Source: Pristiophorus japonicus (taxonomy: Eukaryota). From it: a stretch of DNA of 64,000 bases. The notes beneath the pieces are model-generated. The model saw nothing but the letters and a program-made list of their open reading frames with translations, was not told the origin of the DNA and did not search any database. Where the stretch lies: contig NC_092000.1 of NCBI RefSeq assembly GCF_044704955.1, forward strand, positions 11,098,001 through 11,162,000. The letters run 5' to 3'. This document shows positions 13,413 through 25,871 of the stretch, piece by piece. Every line of letters begins with the position of its first letter. Position 1 is the stretch's first letter. The position numbers were made by a program, and so were the translations under genes.

Positions 13413-14026
13413 GGACTGGATTTTCCGGTCATTTGCGCTCCAGGTTTCGCCCCGGAGCGGCGTGAAAGGCGGCGATGAGGTCTCCAGCGCCATGCCGCGA
13501 TCTTCGGGTCCGGTTTTGCCGGGAAGAGCTGCGTCCGGCGTGCAACGCCCCCTGGTTGCGACACCGGCGCGAGATTTGAGTCTTGCCCGAGCTGTCCGCC
13601 CGGAAGTGCGCCCACAATGACCGCCTGGGAAATCAGCGTGGTCCCACAAACCCGGCGTTGGGAGGAAGGTAAAGTGCTACTAAAGTAATTTTAAGTGTGT
13701 TTTTCTTTCAATTTTTTCATGCAATTTGTGTTGTGGTGGCGTGGGCGATGTTTTGGGAATGTTTTTGTGGGGTTTTTTAGGTTCCCCTCACCCCCGCCCC
13801 TTATCCCAGGCATCTCTGGGAGCGCTCCCGGCCCGGCTTTTTAGCTCGGGAGTTTCCCATGATAGTGCCCACGAGAGGTGTACAACGCCTCCCTTCGCGC
13901 TGCACCCCCGACTCAGGACCCAGTGCCCAAACTTAACAACGAAGACGCAAACTATTCCCAGCCGCTAACTTTCCCGCCCCGCCGCCATTATCGCCCCGAA
14001 AACATAAAAGCCTAAACATCCAGCCA
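13413..14026. mobile_element. GC-rich non-autonomous DNA transposon (second copy at 41355-43775)
   Basis: Imperfect TIRs ggactggattttcc / aaacatccagcc; colinear with 41355-41940 plus 43741-43775. Confidence 0.65.
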
Positions 14027-14176
14027 TTTATTTCAAAAGATCAACAGAAACAAAGAACCTCTCTCCAGCACGAGTCCACCTGTAGCTAGAGCACGCTGGT
14101 GTCACCCATCACCGTCTAACACTGCCGGCAGCCAGGGTGGGCTGACTGAATGGCCTGCTTCTGCGGCGTATATACT

Positions 14177-15040
14177 CATCATCATCATAGGCAGTCCCTC
14201 GGAATCAAGGGAGACCTGCTTCCACTCCCAAAGCGAGTTCTCTGGTGACTGAACAGTCCAATACGAGAGCCACAGACTCTGTCACAGACAATGGGGACAG
14301 ACATTCGTCGAGGGAAGGGGTGGGTGGGGCTGGTTTGCCGCGCGCTCCTTCCGCTGCCTGCGCCTGACCTCTTCACGCTCTTTGCGTTGAGACTCGAAGG
14401 ACTCAACGCCCTCCCGGATGCACTTTCTCCACCTCGGGCAGTCTTCGGCCAGGGACTCCCAGGTGTCAGTGATGATGTCACGCTTTACCAGGGAGGCTTT
14501 GAGGGTGTCCTTGTAACACTTCCACTGCCCACCTTTGGCTCGTTTACCATGAAGGAGCTCCGCATAAAGCATTTGCTTAGGGAGTCTCGTATCAGGTGTG
14601 CGAACTATGTGGCCTGCCCAGCGAAGCTGATCGCGTGTGGTCAGTGCTTCAATGCTGGGGATGTTAGCCTGGGCGAGGACACTGATGTTGGTGCGCCTGT
14701 CCTTCCAGGGGATTTGTAGGATCTTGTAGAGACATCGTTGGTGATATATCTCCAGCGACTTGAGGTGCCTTCTATACATTGTACATGCCTCAGATCCATA
14801 CAGGAGGGCGGGTATTACTACAGCCCTGTAGACCATGAGCTTGGTGGTAGATTTAAGGGCCTGGTCTTCAAACACTCTTTTCCTCAGACGGCCGACGGCT
14901 GCACTGGTGCACTGGAGGCGGTGTTGAATCTCTGCATCAATGTCTGCCTTTGTTGATAAGAGGCTTCCGAGATTTGGGAAATGGTCTACTTTGTCGAGGG
15001 CCACGCCGTGAATCTTGATGATTGGAGGGCAGTGAGATGC
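14177..15040 (-). mobile_element. RTE LINE 3' ~860 bp
   Basis: F..LGS..TKLMVYRAVVIPALLYGSE..QLRWAGH..RLPK; (ATG)n tail. Confidence 0.92.
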
Positions 15041-15574
15041 CTCCTCCCTCATCTAAATGAGTCTTTCCTCATCTAAATCTATCAGCATTACCCTCTATTC
15101 CCTTCTCCCCCATATGCTTGTCCAGCCTCTCCCTTAATTGCAAGTATACTATTCGCCTCAACCACTCCCTGTGGCAGCGAGTTCCACATTCTCACACACC
15201 CTCTGGGTAAAGATGTTTCTTCTGAATTCCCTATTGGATTTCTTCGTGACTATCTTATACTGATGGCCTCTAGTTATGCTCTTCCCCACAAGTGGATACA
15301 TTTTCTCTGTATCAACTCTATCAAAACCTTTCATAATTTTTTAAGACCTCTATTCGGTCACCCCTCAGCCTTCTCTTTTCAACAGAAAAGAGACCTATCC
15401 TGTTCATCCTTTTCCAACTGGTAAACCCTTGCATTTCAAGTATCATCCCAGTTCTGAGCCTTTTTGTCTTCTCGAAGACTTCCATCCCATTGATATCAAA
15501 GTCCTTAGGTCTACTTAGGTTGCTACTTCTCTATTCCACAGTGGGACGTTCTGTCTGTTAGATAACTGACTCCA

Positions 15575-16152
15575 GCTGTACTTCACCGGTATAGTGCAGG
15601 GAGCAGCATGCGGCGGTCCGGCCCGGAAATTGACGCGGTCCCGGCCTGCAGGCCGGGGCCATCGGAGGGAGCAGCGTGCGGCGGTATACCACTGCAGGGA
15701 GCAGCGCGTGCTGCTGCAGGAGGGCGACGGCTGCGAAGCCAGGTCGCTGATTGCAGCGCGGGCAGGCACAGCAGGAGGGGCGAAGGAGCGGCAAGAGTCC
15801 GTCGAGGGAAGTGACCGGGGCCCAGGAGAGGTGAGAGCCCAGGGGCAGCACGGGCCCAGCCCACACTGCGATATGTGTGCGCACTAGGTCCGTGCAGCAG
15901 AGCTGGTCTCCAGTTGTCTTGGGTAATCCTTGTCACTGGACCAAGACCTAGTTCTGTCAAGCCCGTGTGGTGGCTGGTGTGCAACAGCCACCCCACGTAA
16001 AAAAATCCACGCACAGGCATCTTCCACCCTTCACGATGTTGTTCGGGATCGGAAATATTAGGTCCTTCATTGAAACACCTGTGAACTCATCACTTTTTGG
16101 GGTGGAAGCAAGTCATTCTCGATACGATGGACTGCCTACGATGATGATGATG
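15575..16152 (+). mobile_element. short non-autonomous RTE-derived element
   Basis: GC-rich leader fused to an RTE terminus (gtggaagcaagtc..ggactgcctacgatgatgatga) with no RT coding sequence. Confidence 0.6.
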
Positions 16153-16210
16153 GTGGGATGCTTGCTGCTTGTTCCTGCTGCGCTTTTCATTCCCCATGGC
16201 TTACCTTGAA

Positions 16211-16273
16211 CTAGGCTGTCGTTGGATTATAGCTTTTGACTCTGTAAACGTTTTCGTAAACGGCCTCACTCGC
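16211..16273 (-). CDS. IgSF receptor exon 9: ASEAVYENVYRVKSYNPTTA-stop
   Basis: Acceptor cttttcatttctcttttaag. The exon runs to 16205 with donor AAG|gtaagc. YENV motif in phase 0; TAG at 16213-16211. Confidence 0.72.
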   Translation of the reverse strand, partial: ASEAVYENVYRVKSYNPTTA

Positions 16274-16597
16274 CTTAAAAGAGAAATGAAAAGCATCAGT
16301 TAGTGAGACGCACGGGTCCGGAGACTAGCCGGTGCAGTTGTTGCAATCCCTTTCAGTAGCAGTCATTAGACCTGGATTTTAGATTACACAGGAGACGGAG
16401 GGCTACCCCAGTGGCTGTCAAAGATCCATTTTAATCACCTTCTCAGTGATCAGGAACAAAATTCCTTAAAATTCAATTAATGGAGAGGAACACAGAAGAT
16501 ACAATGGATTTAAGTTTCCCAGAACTTGCAGGAAGAACTTAAGAATTAGGAGCAGGAGTAGGCCATTCGGCCCCTCGAGCCTGCTCCACCATTCAAG

Positions 16598-18040
16598 GGA
16601 CTGGAGGGTAGCTAATGTAACACCACTTTTTAAAAAAGGAGGGAGAGAGAAAACGAGTAATTATAGACCGGTTAGCCTGACATCAGGAGTGGGAAAAATG
16701 TTGGAATCAATTATTAAAGATGAAATAGCAGCACATTTGGAAAGCAGTGACAGGATCGGTCCAAGTCAGCATGGATTTATGAAAGGGAAATCATGCTTGA
16801 AAAATCTTCCAGAATTTTTTGAGGATGTAACGAGTAGAGTGGACAAGGGAGAACCAGTGGATGTGGTGTATTTGGACTTTTAAAAGGCTTTTGACAAGGT
16901 CCCACACAAGAGATTGATGTGCAAAATTAAAGCACATGGTATTGGGGGTAATGTACTGACGTGGATAGAGAACTGGTTGGCAGACAGGAAGCAGAGAGTC
17001 GGGATTAACGGGTCCTTTTCAGAATGGCAGGCAGTGACTAGTGGGGTGCCGCAGGGCTCAGTGCTGGGACCCCAGCTATTTACAATATACATCAATGATT
17101 TAGATGAAGGATTTGATTGTAATATCTCCAAGTTTGCAGATGATACTAAGCTGGGTGGCGGTGTGAGCTACAAAGAGGACGCTAAGAGGCTGCAGGGTGA
17201 CTTGGATCGTTTAGGTGAGTGGGCAAACACATGGTAGATACAGTATAATGTGGATAAATGTGAGGTTATCCACTTTGGTGGCAAAAACACGAAGGCAGAA
17301 TGTTATCTGAATGGCGGCAGATTAGGAAAAGGGGAGGTGCAACAAGACCTGGGTGTCATGGTACATCAGTCATTGAAAGTTGGCATGCAGGTACAGCAGG
17401 CGGTGAAGGCGGCAAATGGTATGTTGACCTTCATAGCTAGGGGTTTTGAGTATAGGAGCAGGGAGGTCTTACTGCAGTTGTACAGAGCCTTAGTGAGGCC
17501 TCACCTGGAATATTGTGTACAGTTTTGGTCTCCTAATCTGAAGAAGGACATTCTTGCTATTGAGGGAGTGCAGCGAAGGTTCACCAGACTGATTCCCAGG
17601 ATGGCTGGACTGACATATGAGGAGAGACTGGATCGACTGGGCCTGTATTCACTGGAGTTTAGAAGGATGAGAGGGGATCTCATAGAAACATATAACATAT
17701 AAAATTCTGACGGGAAGAATGTTCCCAATGTGGGGAAGTCCAGAACCAGAGGACACAGTCTAAGGATAAGGGGTAAGCCATTTACGACTGAGATGAGGAG
17801 AAACTTCTTCACTCAGAGTTGTTAACCTGTGGAATTCTCTACCGCAGAGAGTTGTTGATGCCAGTTCAAGAGGGAGTTAGATATGGCCCTTACGGCTAAG
17901 GGGATCAAGGGGTATGGAGAGAAAGCAGGAAAGGGGTACTGAGGTGAATGATCAGCCATGATCTTATTGAATTGCGGTGCAGGCTCGAAGGGCCGAATGG
18001 CCTACTCCTGCACCTATTTTCTATATTTCTATGTTTCTAT
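16598..18040 (+). mobile_element. CR1 LINE inserted in an older minus-strand CR1 (16535-16597, 18041-18428, 23528-23640)
   Basis: [18 protein letters not shown] motifs with stops; the host CR1 resumes after the tail. Confidence 0.9.
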
Positions 18041-18428
18041 AACATCATGGCTGATCTTCTACCTCAACTCCACTTTCCCACCCGATCCCCATATCCCTTG
18101 ATTCCACTCGAGTCCAAAAATTTATCGATCTCAGCCTTGAATATTGTCAAAGACTGAGCCTCCACAGCCCTCTGGGGTAGAGAATTCCATAGATTCACCA
18201 CCCTCTGAGTGAAGAAATTTCTCCTCATCTCAGTCCTAAATGGCCGACCTCTTGTTCTGAGACTGTGACCCCCAGTTCTAGGCTCTCCAGCCCGGGGAAA
18301 GAGCCTCTCAGCATCTCCCCTGTCAATCCCCCTCAAAATCCTGTGTTTCAATGAAATCACCTCTCATTCTTCTAAACTCGAGAGTATACGCCCCTTCTAC
18401 TGAATATCTCCTCATCGGACAGCCCTCT

Positions 18429-21400
18429 TGTAATGTCTGTAGCTCCACACTGTGGATGCTTGTGTTACTGCAGCTAGTGCTGTTAATAAAGAGCAGGTTA
18501 CCTGACCAGCAGGTCAGGGGTCACCAGAACCTGCAGCCATTTTACAGGTTCTGTGATGTGTGTGCTCTCTAAGATATGACATTGGCGTCGGGAATGGGAT
18601 GTAATCAGATAATACAAAGCTGAAATTTTTGGTGGTGAATGATTCAGCCAGCTGACAGAGAGACTTTGAAAGCTTCTCTGTTTTTGGAAATAGCTACAAA
18701 TCCGAGGTAAATTACGAGCACACTTGGTGAAACTGCCAGAGTCAAAATGGCTGCCCCTAAGGGAGCTATAGGACATGTGGGGGAACGCGACTGTGAAAGT
18801 TTCAGAGCATATGTCTATCAGATAGAAATGTTTTTCACTGCAAATAATATTATCGAAATTCCCGATAATGAATACAATAACCGGGCGGTGTTGGAACGAA
18901 AAAGAGCTATATTCTTAACTGAGGCTGGGCCCGAGTTGTATGAAACGCTAATAAATTTTCTTGTACCTGACAAGCAAAAGGATACAACGCTGAAACAGAT
19001 TCTAACTAAGCTAGAACAACATTACAGCCCCGTTCCGTTAGAAATTGCTGAAAGTTATCGTTTCGGAATACGAAATCAGAAGGCCGAAGAAAATATCAGT
19101 GAGTACGTTGTAGCATTAAAAAAGCTATCTATTCACTGTAATTTCGGAGACTTTCAGAACCGAGCATTGCGAGACCACTTTGTTTGTGGGATGAAAAATG
19201 ATGCGATCAGAAGGAAGTTATTGACAACGCCTGACTTGACTTCTGACAACTTGGTCGATGAGCATGGCCGACCAATATTCCCAAGAATTTCATACTAATT
19301 TCAGTCATCAGACAACCGAGATGAACCGCCTGCAGGTTCAAAGTAAAAGGCAGTGGGGCCCCAAAGTCTCAGAAACTGGAAATGGGAACAGAGCATTGAC
19401 ATCCTGCTACCGGTGCCTGGGACAACACATTGCTCAACATAGAAACATAGAAACATAGAAACATAGGGCTCAAGTTTCGGACTCCCGCTACAGCGGCGTA
19501 CATCGGAGAGGGCCGCCTAATTTGTAGAACAAAAATTGCGCCGAATACTTACCTCCCGACTCTCAGATAGCTGTAGGCCCATTTCTAGCTTGGCGCGGCC
19601 CAGCAGGAACTGCTGGGGGCGGAGCTACAGCCCTGCGCCAAAAACAGTGCCGGCAGCTGAGCACGTGCACAGTGGCGGCTGCGCGCATGCGCAGTAGCTC
19701 CCGGCCCTCCCAGCGCATCCTGTCTCTGGGCGACGACCCTATCCCAGGCCGAAGGGACGTCGCCCCTATCGAAAATAGGTGCAGGAGTAGGCCATTCGGC
19801 CCTTCGAACCTGCACCACCATTCAATAAGATCATGACTGATCATTCACCTCAGTGCCCCTTTCCTGCTTTCTCTCCATAACCCTTGAGCCCTTTAGCCGT
19901 AAGGGCCATATCTAACTCCCTCTTGAATATATCCAATGAACTGCCCATATGTGAAGGTAGAATGCAGGAAAACTGGGCATCTTGTGAAGGCATGTCGACT
20001 GAAGGTTAACCAGCTTTCAAAGCTATGGGTAGAAATCCCCAGAGACTACATAGCATGGAAGAACAACAACAGGACGAGGAGATATTAGAGTTAAATATCA
20101 TCAGGAGCATGAGGTTAACAGACAGCGATTTGAAAAGTATCATAATCCACATAGATGTTGCAGGATTCAAGATACCCATGGAAATCAACACTGGTGCGTC
20201 CATGAGTGTAGTACCGGAGTCGCAATACCGCAACAAATTGCGGGATTTCCCATAGGAGAAAGCCAAGATAGAGCTGTGACGCTACTCGGGAGAGAACATT
20301 CTGGTGGTAGGTTGTATCACCGTACTGGTGAGATACAAGGATCAAGTTCAGAGCTTGCCTCTAATAGTAGTGGCAGGAGACAAACCTACCATACTAGGAA
20401 GAAATTGGTTGGGATCACAAACTGGATTGGAGTGAGATTTTTTGTGTCAAAACGGGATTTGTGTGAAAGGATGATGTCATCAAGAATTGTCCGAAGGTGT
20501 TCTGCAAAACAGGCAGTCCGATCCAAGGCGTCAATGTGAATGTCAGGGTACAGAAGGACGCTAGATTGGTTTATTGCAAGCCACGTTCCGTACCATATGC
20601 ACTCAAGGAGAACGTTGAGCAAGAACTCAAAAGACTAGAGACTGAGAGCATTATTTCTAAGATAGATCGATGTACCTACGTCCGATGGTAAGGTAAGATT
20701 GTGTGGTGATTATAAAGTAACCGTAAACCAGGTTCCAGAGAGTAATGTCCCCAATACATTGCCAAATGTAGAAGATTTGTTGACAACATTGACAGGTGGT
20801 CAGATCTTCTCAAAGTTGGATCTGACGAACGCCTACTTAAAGCTGGAACTAGATAAGGAGTCCAAGTCATGCTTGACTATTAATACACATCTAGGCCTAT
20901 CTCAATTTAATAGGCCACCATTTGGAGTGTCTTCCACCCCTGCCATATTCCAAGGGGTAATGAACCAGATTTTGCAAGGTATTGAAGGGGTAGTATGTTA
21001 TTTAGATGACATACTCATTTCAGCACCAAATAGGCAAATTCATAACATATTGAATGAAGTCCTCAAACGGCTAGAGAAGCACAGTGTACGAGTGGCTGCT
21101 CACAAATGTGAGTTATTTCAAACTCAGTGGAGTACTTAGGGTACAGAGTAGACAAAGATGGTTTACATCCAACCAAGGAAAAACTGGATGCAATCAGAAA
21201 TGCACCCACTCCCAAGAATATCACTGAACTTCGATTATTTTTGGGTCTTTTGAACTATTATGGGAAGTTCCTACCAAATTTGGCTAAAGTATTACATCGA
21301 CTAAATGAATTATTGATAAAACAGGTCCATTGGAAGTGGTCAAAAGAATGTGATACAGCATTCAAGGAGTGTAAAAACAACTTGGTAGAGAGCACCATGT

Positions 21401-23527
21401 TAGTTCACTATGACATATCTAAGGAGATTAAGCTAGCATGTGATGCCTCTCCATATGGAGTTGGGGCAGTAATCTCTCATGTATTAAGTAGTGGGGAGGA
21501 GAGACCAATTGCTTTTGCTTTATGCACTCTCAGTGCCAGTGAGCGTAATTATGTGCAAATCGAAAGGGAAGCTTTGGCATTAATTTTTGGGGTCAAGAAG
21601 TTCCACAAATACTTGTATGGTCGTAAGTTTACTCTCGTTACAGACCATAAGCCCCTGACAGCAATCCTCCATCCAAAGTCCCCAGTTCCAACATTAGCTG
21701 CAGCCCAAATGCAGAGATGGGCTTTGATTTTATCAGCATATATATATGATATTGAATACAGATGATCAGCGGATCACAGTAATGCTGATGCTATGTCTAG
21801 ATTGCCTTCCACATCACAAGTTACACCTGATAGGGAAGAGGTGTTCTATTTTTTATCCATCGATGAACTGCCAGTCACAGCTGAAGAGATTGGGCGAGCA
21901 ACGAAATGTGACCCAGTTATGTCAAAGGTGTATGATTATATTGCAAACGGATGGCCAAACCAGCAGGGAATAGACAAAGATATTCATCCATTCTTCATTC
22001 GTAAGAATGAATTATCAGTCGATAAAGATTGTATCATGTGGGGTGCAAGAGTGGTTATACCAAATAAATTCAGGTCCAAATTATTAGGAGACCTCCATGA
22101 CCAGCACCTGGGAATGTGCTTGACCAAGAGTTTTGCTTTGCACACAGTTACTTATGGTGGCCAGGTCTTGAAAAAGAGACAGAGTACATCGTCAGTCAAT
22201 GTACAACATGTCAATCGGTAAGCAAGCAACCACCACCAATACCATTACAGCCAGGGTGTGGCAAGGGCTACATATCGATTTTGCTGAGCTAGAAGGGCAA
22301 CAATTGTTCATTGTGATTGATAGCCATTCGAAGAGGTGTTTCCAATGTGGAAAACAACAAGTAAAACATTAGACATTTTGCGAAGATTATTTTCTTCATT
22401 TGGCCTGAAATTGTTTCGGATAATGGACCACAATTTAGTCAGAAGAATTTGCACAGTTCATGAGCAAAAATGGTGTGAAACATATCAAGGTCCCACCTTG
22501 CTTCGAATGGTGTAGCAGAGCGCACTGTCCAAATTGTAAAACGTGCCCTCATCAAACAAATGTTGGATCCAAATCCAAAGAAACGACAGTTGTCATTGGA
22601 CCACAAATTGGCTAATTTTCTAATAACGTATCGTAATACTCCTCACACAACTACTGGTAGACCAGCAGAGTTGTTTCTCAAATGACAGCCATGAACCAGA
22701 TTCTCGTTGTTAAAACTAAACTTGGCACAATCCGTAGAAGAGACACAATTAAGACAGGAAGAGAATCATGATAGAGGTAGAGTAAAAGAGAGAAGTGTGA
22801 AATTAAATCAGAAGGTGAGAGTGAAGAGCCATCACCTTAAATGGGTGAAGTGGTTACCAGGAAGAGTGGTGAAGTTATGTGGTCCTCGCACATATTTGGT
22901 CAAGATGTTTGATAATGGACAGGTTAGGTTTGTTCACATTGATCATATTTTATCTACAGACATGGAAGGTGGGACCGATTCCATTATTTCTGACTCATCA
23001 GATAGTTTTGATACACCAGTAGCAAATCCTACATCCAATGTACTGGAAACAAATCCAAGGGAAAGTCAGAATTTAAGTCTGAGTCCGAGTCAGGAAAACA
23101 AACAGTCTGAAGTTAGAGAGAGTTCAAATGGAAATCAAGGACATCCCTTGGTGGAAAACTTCCCTCAGGATCAGCCTCGAATGAGTTTAAATTCAACACC
23201 ATGTTTGGAAGGTTCTGTTCGAGAGCGAAGGTATCCTCTTCGAAACAGAAAACAAGTGGTTAAGCTTGATTTGTAAATATGGCAAAATAAGTCCATATCC
23301 TTTGTTATGTATAACCATGCAAGTTATGTATGATGATTGTTTGTTATAATAACTCTTCATTAAGGAGGGAGAAGTGCAATGTCTGTAGCTCCACACTGTG
23401 GACGCCTGTGTTACTGCAGCTAGTGCTGTTAATAAAGAGCAGGTCACCTGACCAGCAGGTCAGGGGTCACTGGAACTTGCAGCCATTTTACAAGCTATGT
23501 GATGTGTGTGCTCTCTAAGATATGACA
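18429..23527 (+). mobile_element. full-length decayed Gypsy LTR retrotransposon (family B)
   Basis: 153-bp LTRs 18429-18581 and 23375-23527 (TG..CA), PBS tggcgtcggga, PPT aaggagggagaag, near-TSD cctct/tctct. gag, protease (INTGAS), RT (YLDD), RNaseH (DAS..TDHKPL), integrase, all frameshifted. Confidence 0.93.
19437..19945 (-). mobile_element. CR1 3' end nested in Gypsy B, itself carrying a MITE fragment (~19466-19770)
   Basis: (catagaaa)n tail; gggctcaagtttc end resembles the TIR at 35213. Confidence 0.75.
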
Positions 23528-24270
23528 TCTCTCATCCCAAGAATTAATCTAGTGAACCTTTGTTGCACCCCCTTGAAGGCAAGGATATCCTTCCTTAGGT
23601 ATGGAGACCAAAACTATGCACCGTACACTAGGTGAGGTTTTATTTCCTTGTTAAAAAAATGGGTCAGATTCATCTGGAGAAATACAGATTGGGTTTCCAT
23701 GGAAACGGATGGGTGGAGCTCCTGGAGGTTTACATCACGGTATATGAATATCACTGAACACAAATCAGGCACCGCCCCACCCCCAAGCATAACATGATCC
23801 ACCTCACCCACTAATCATCATGCATACACACCCCCAAAAACTGTACACTGTTCACCGTGCCCACTGAACACCTTCCAGAACCAACCACCCCCAACCTGAA
23901 TAATGCACCCAAGCCACACCTTGTTGAATGCCATACTGCACCCATACCCACCCCCATGCCCGCCGACTCACTACACACTCTCTCCCTGCGGGTGAGCTGG
24001 TCCCTGTAATATAAAGCACCGCCTAATGGACAACTGTGGTAATGCAACTGCTGATGCAAAAAAAGCATCATGTGACTAGGTCACCTGACAAGTTCCTGTT
24101 GAGCCACCTTGTATGTGTGTGTTTATGATGTCGTAAGAATATATCACAATCCCAGCCTCTTCTCAAGCTGTCCCCAGCTGCTCGGAGTTATGAGCAACCC
24201 TGCCAAATACACACCATCAGCCCCGCTGCCCCGTGCCTGCACCCATCAGATTGTGCCCGCTGCGAGTTAC

Positions 24271-24339
24271 CTTTGCTGGGGCGCTGGGTTCCTTCGGCTC
24301 GTCTCTTTTCAGAGTGTCGTAGACCACAGCAGAGGGCAC
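24271..24339 (-). CDS. IgSF receptor exon 8 (paralog of exon 7): VPSAVVYDTLKRDEPKEPSAPAK, ITIM VVYDTL
   Basis: Acceptor cttttctcccttttaag, donor AAG|gtaact; 69 nt, phase 0-0; matches ITIM consensus (I/V/L/S)xYxx(L/V). Confidence 0.78.
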
Positions 24340-24969
24340 CTTAAAAGGGAGAAAAGCATAACCGTGAGGGAGTCATTCTGAATCGTGGGCTTGACAGAGC
24401 CACATCAGTGAGTGGGCACCCCAGGGGCACATCTGCAGCTTTCCTGAACAGGCACAGACCGAGTTGTAACCCCACATTGTCCCATCCATGCTGGACACCA
24501 CGTCCTGCTCACCTGTAGGAAGTCATGTGGGTTAATCCCATGATGCTGGAGAAAGAAAGACTTGCATTTATATAGCGCCTTTCACGACCACTGAATGTCG
24601 CAAAGCACTTCAAAGCCAATGAAGTACTTTTCAAGTGTAGTCACTGTTGTAATGTGGGAAACGCATCAGCCAATTTGCACACAGCAAGCTCCCATACACA
24701 GCAATGTGATAATGGCCCAGATAATCTGCTTTTTGTTGTGCTAATTGAGGGATAAATATTGGCCAGAACACCGGGGGTAACTCCCCTGCTCTTCTTTGAA
24801 ATAGTGCCAAGGGATCGTTTACGTCCAGCTGAGAGAGTAGACAGGGCCTCGGTTTAACGTCTCGTCCGAAAGAAGGCACCTCCGACAGTGCGGCACTCCC
24901 TCAGCACTGCACTGGGAATGTCAGCCTAGATTTTTGTGCTCAAGTCTCTGGAGTGGGACTTGAACCCAC

Positions 24970-25012
<43 letters not shown>

Positions 25013-25404
25013 GCTGACACAAGTAGTGGGGAAATAAAATGTTAAAAATCAGCTTTTGATTGCAATCAAGTGATTTGTTCTGTTCGATGAGTCTGTGTTT
25101 ACATGAGGGGATTCCAAGATCATATTTGGCTGCGAATTTCCCTCCCCTCAAACAATAATTAACATATATAGCACCTTTAACGTAACGTAAGGTTTTAAGG
25201 TGCTTTGCAGGAGGAGCATTAACAAACAAAATTTGACACCGAGCCACATAAGGAGATATTAGGACAGGTGACCAAAAGCTTGGGCATTGAGGCACGTTTT
25301 AAAGATGGTCAGAATGGAGGAGAGAGAGTTAGAGAGACGGAGAGATTTAGGGAAGAAATTCCAACGCTTAAGGTCCAGGCAGCTGAAGGCACTTCTGCCG
25401 ATGG

Positions 25405-25787
25405 AGAAATTGTGCCCGCAGCCCCGTGCCAGCGCCCATCAGGCTGTGCCTGCTGAACTGTGCCCGCTGAACCATGCCTGCACCCATCAGGCTGTGCCCG
25501 CTGGCCTGCACCCATCAGATTGTGCCTACTACCCCGTGCCCGCACCCATCAGATTGTGCCCGCAGCCCCGTGCCCATCAGATTGTGCCCGCTGCCCCATG
25601 CCCGCACCCATCAGATTGTGCCCGCAGCCCCGTGCCCACACCCATCAGATTGTGCCCGCAGCCCCGTGCCCATCAGATTGTGCCCGCTGCCCCATGCCCG
25701 CACCCATCAGATTGTGCCCGCAGCCCCGTGCCCATCAGGTTGTGCCCGCTGCCCCATGCCCGCACCCATCAGATTGTGCCCGCTGCG
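25405..25787. repeat. GC-rich minisatellite, 27/33-bp units (cccatcagattgtgcccgc[a/t]gcccc..)
   Basis: About a dozen directly visible units. Confidence 0.92.
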
Positions 25788-25793
25788 AGTTAC

Positions 25794-25871
25794 CTTTGCC
25801 GGGGCGCTGGGTTCCTTCGGCTCGTCTCTTTTCAGAGTGTCGTAGACATCAGCGGTGGGGCGTGAGGGCAC
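25794..25871 (-). CDS. IgSF receptor exon 7: VPSRPTADVYDTLKRDEPKEPSAPAK
   Basis: Acceptor cttttctcctttttaag, donor AAG|gtaact; 78 nt, phase 0-0; YxxL motif. Confidence 0.8.

Noticed and set aside
23640-23770. Possible extra cytoplasmic exon on minus
   Set aside because: The phase-0 frame starts with TGA after the AG and no good donor follows.
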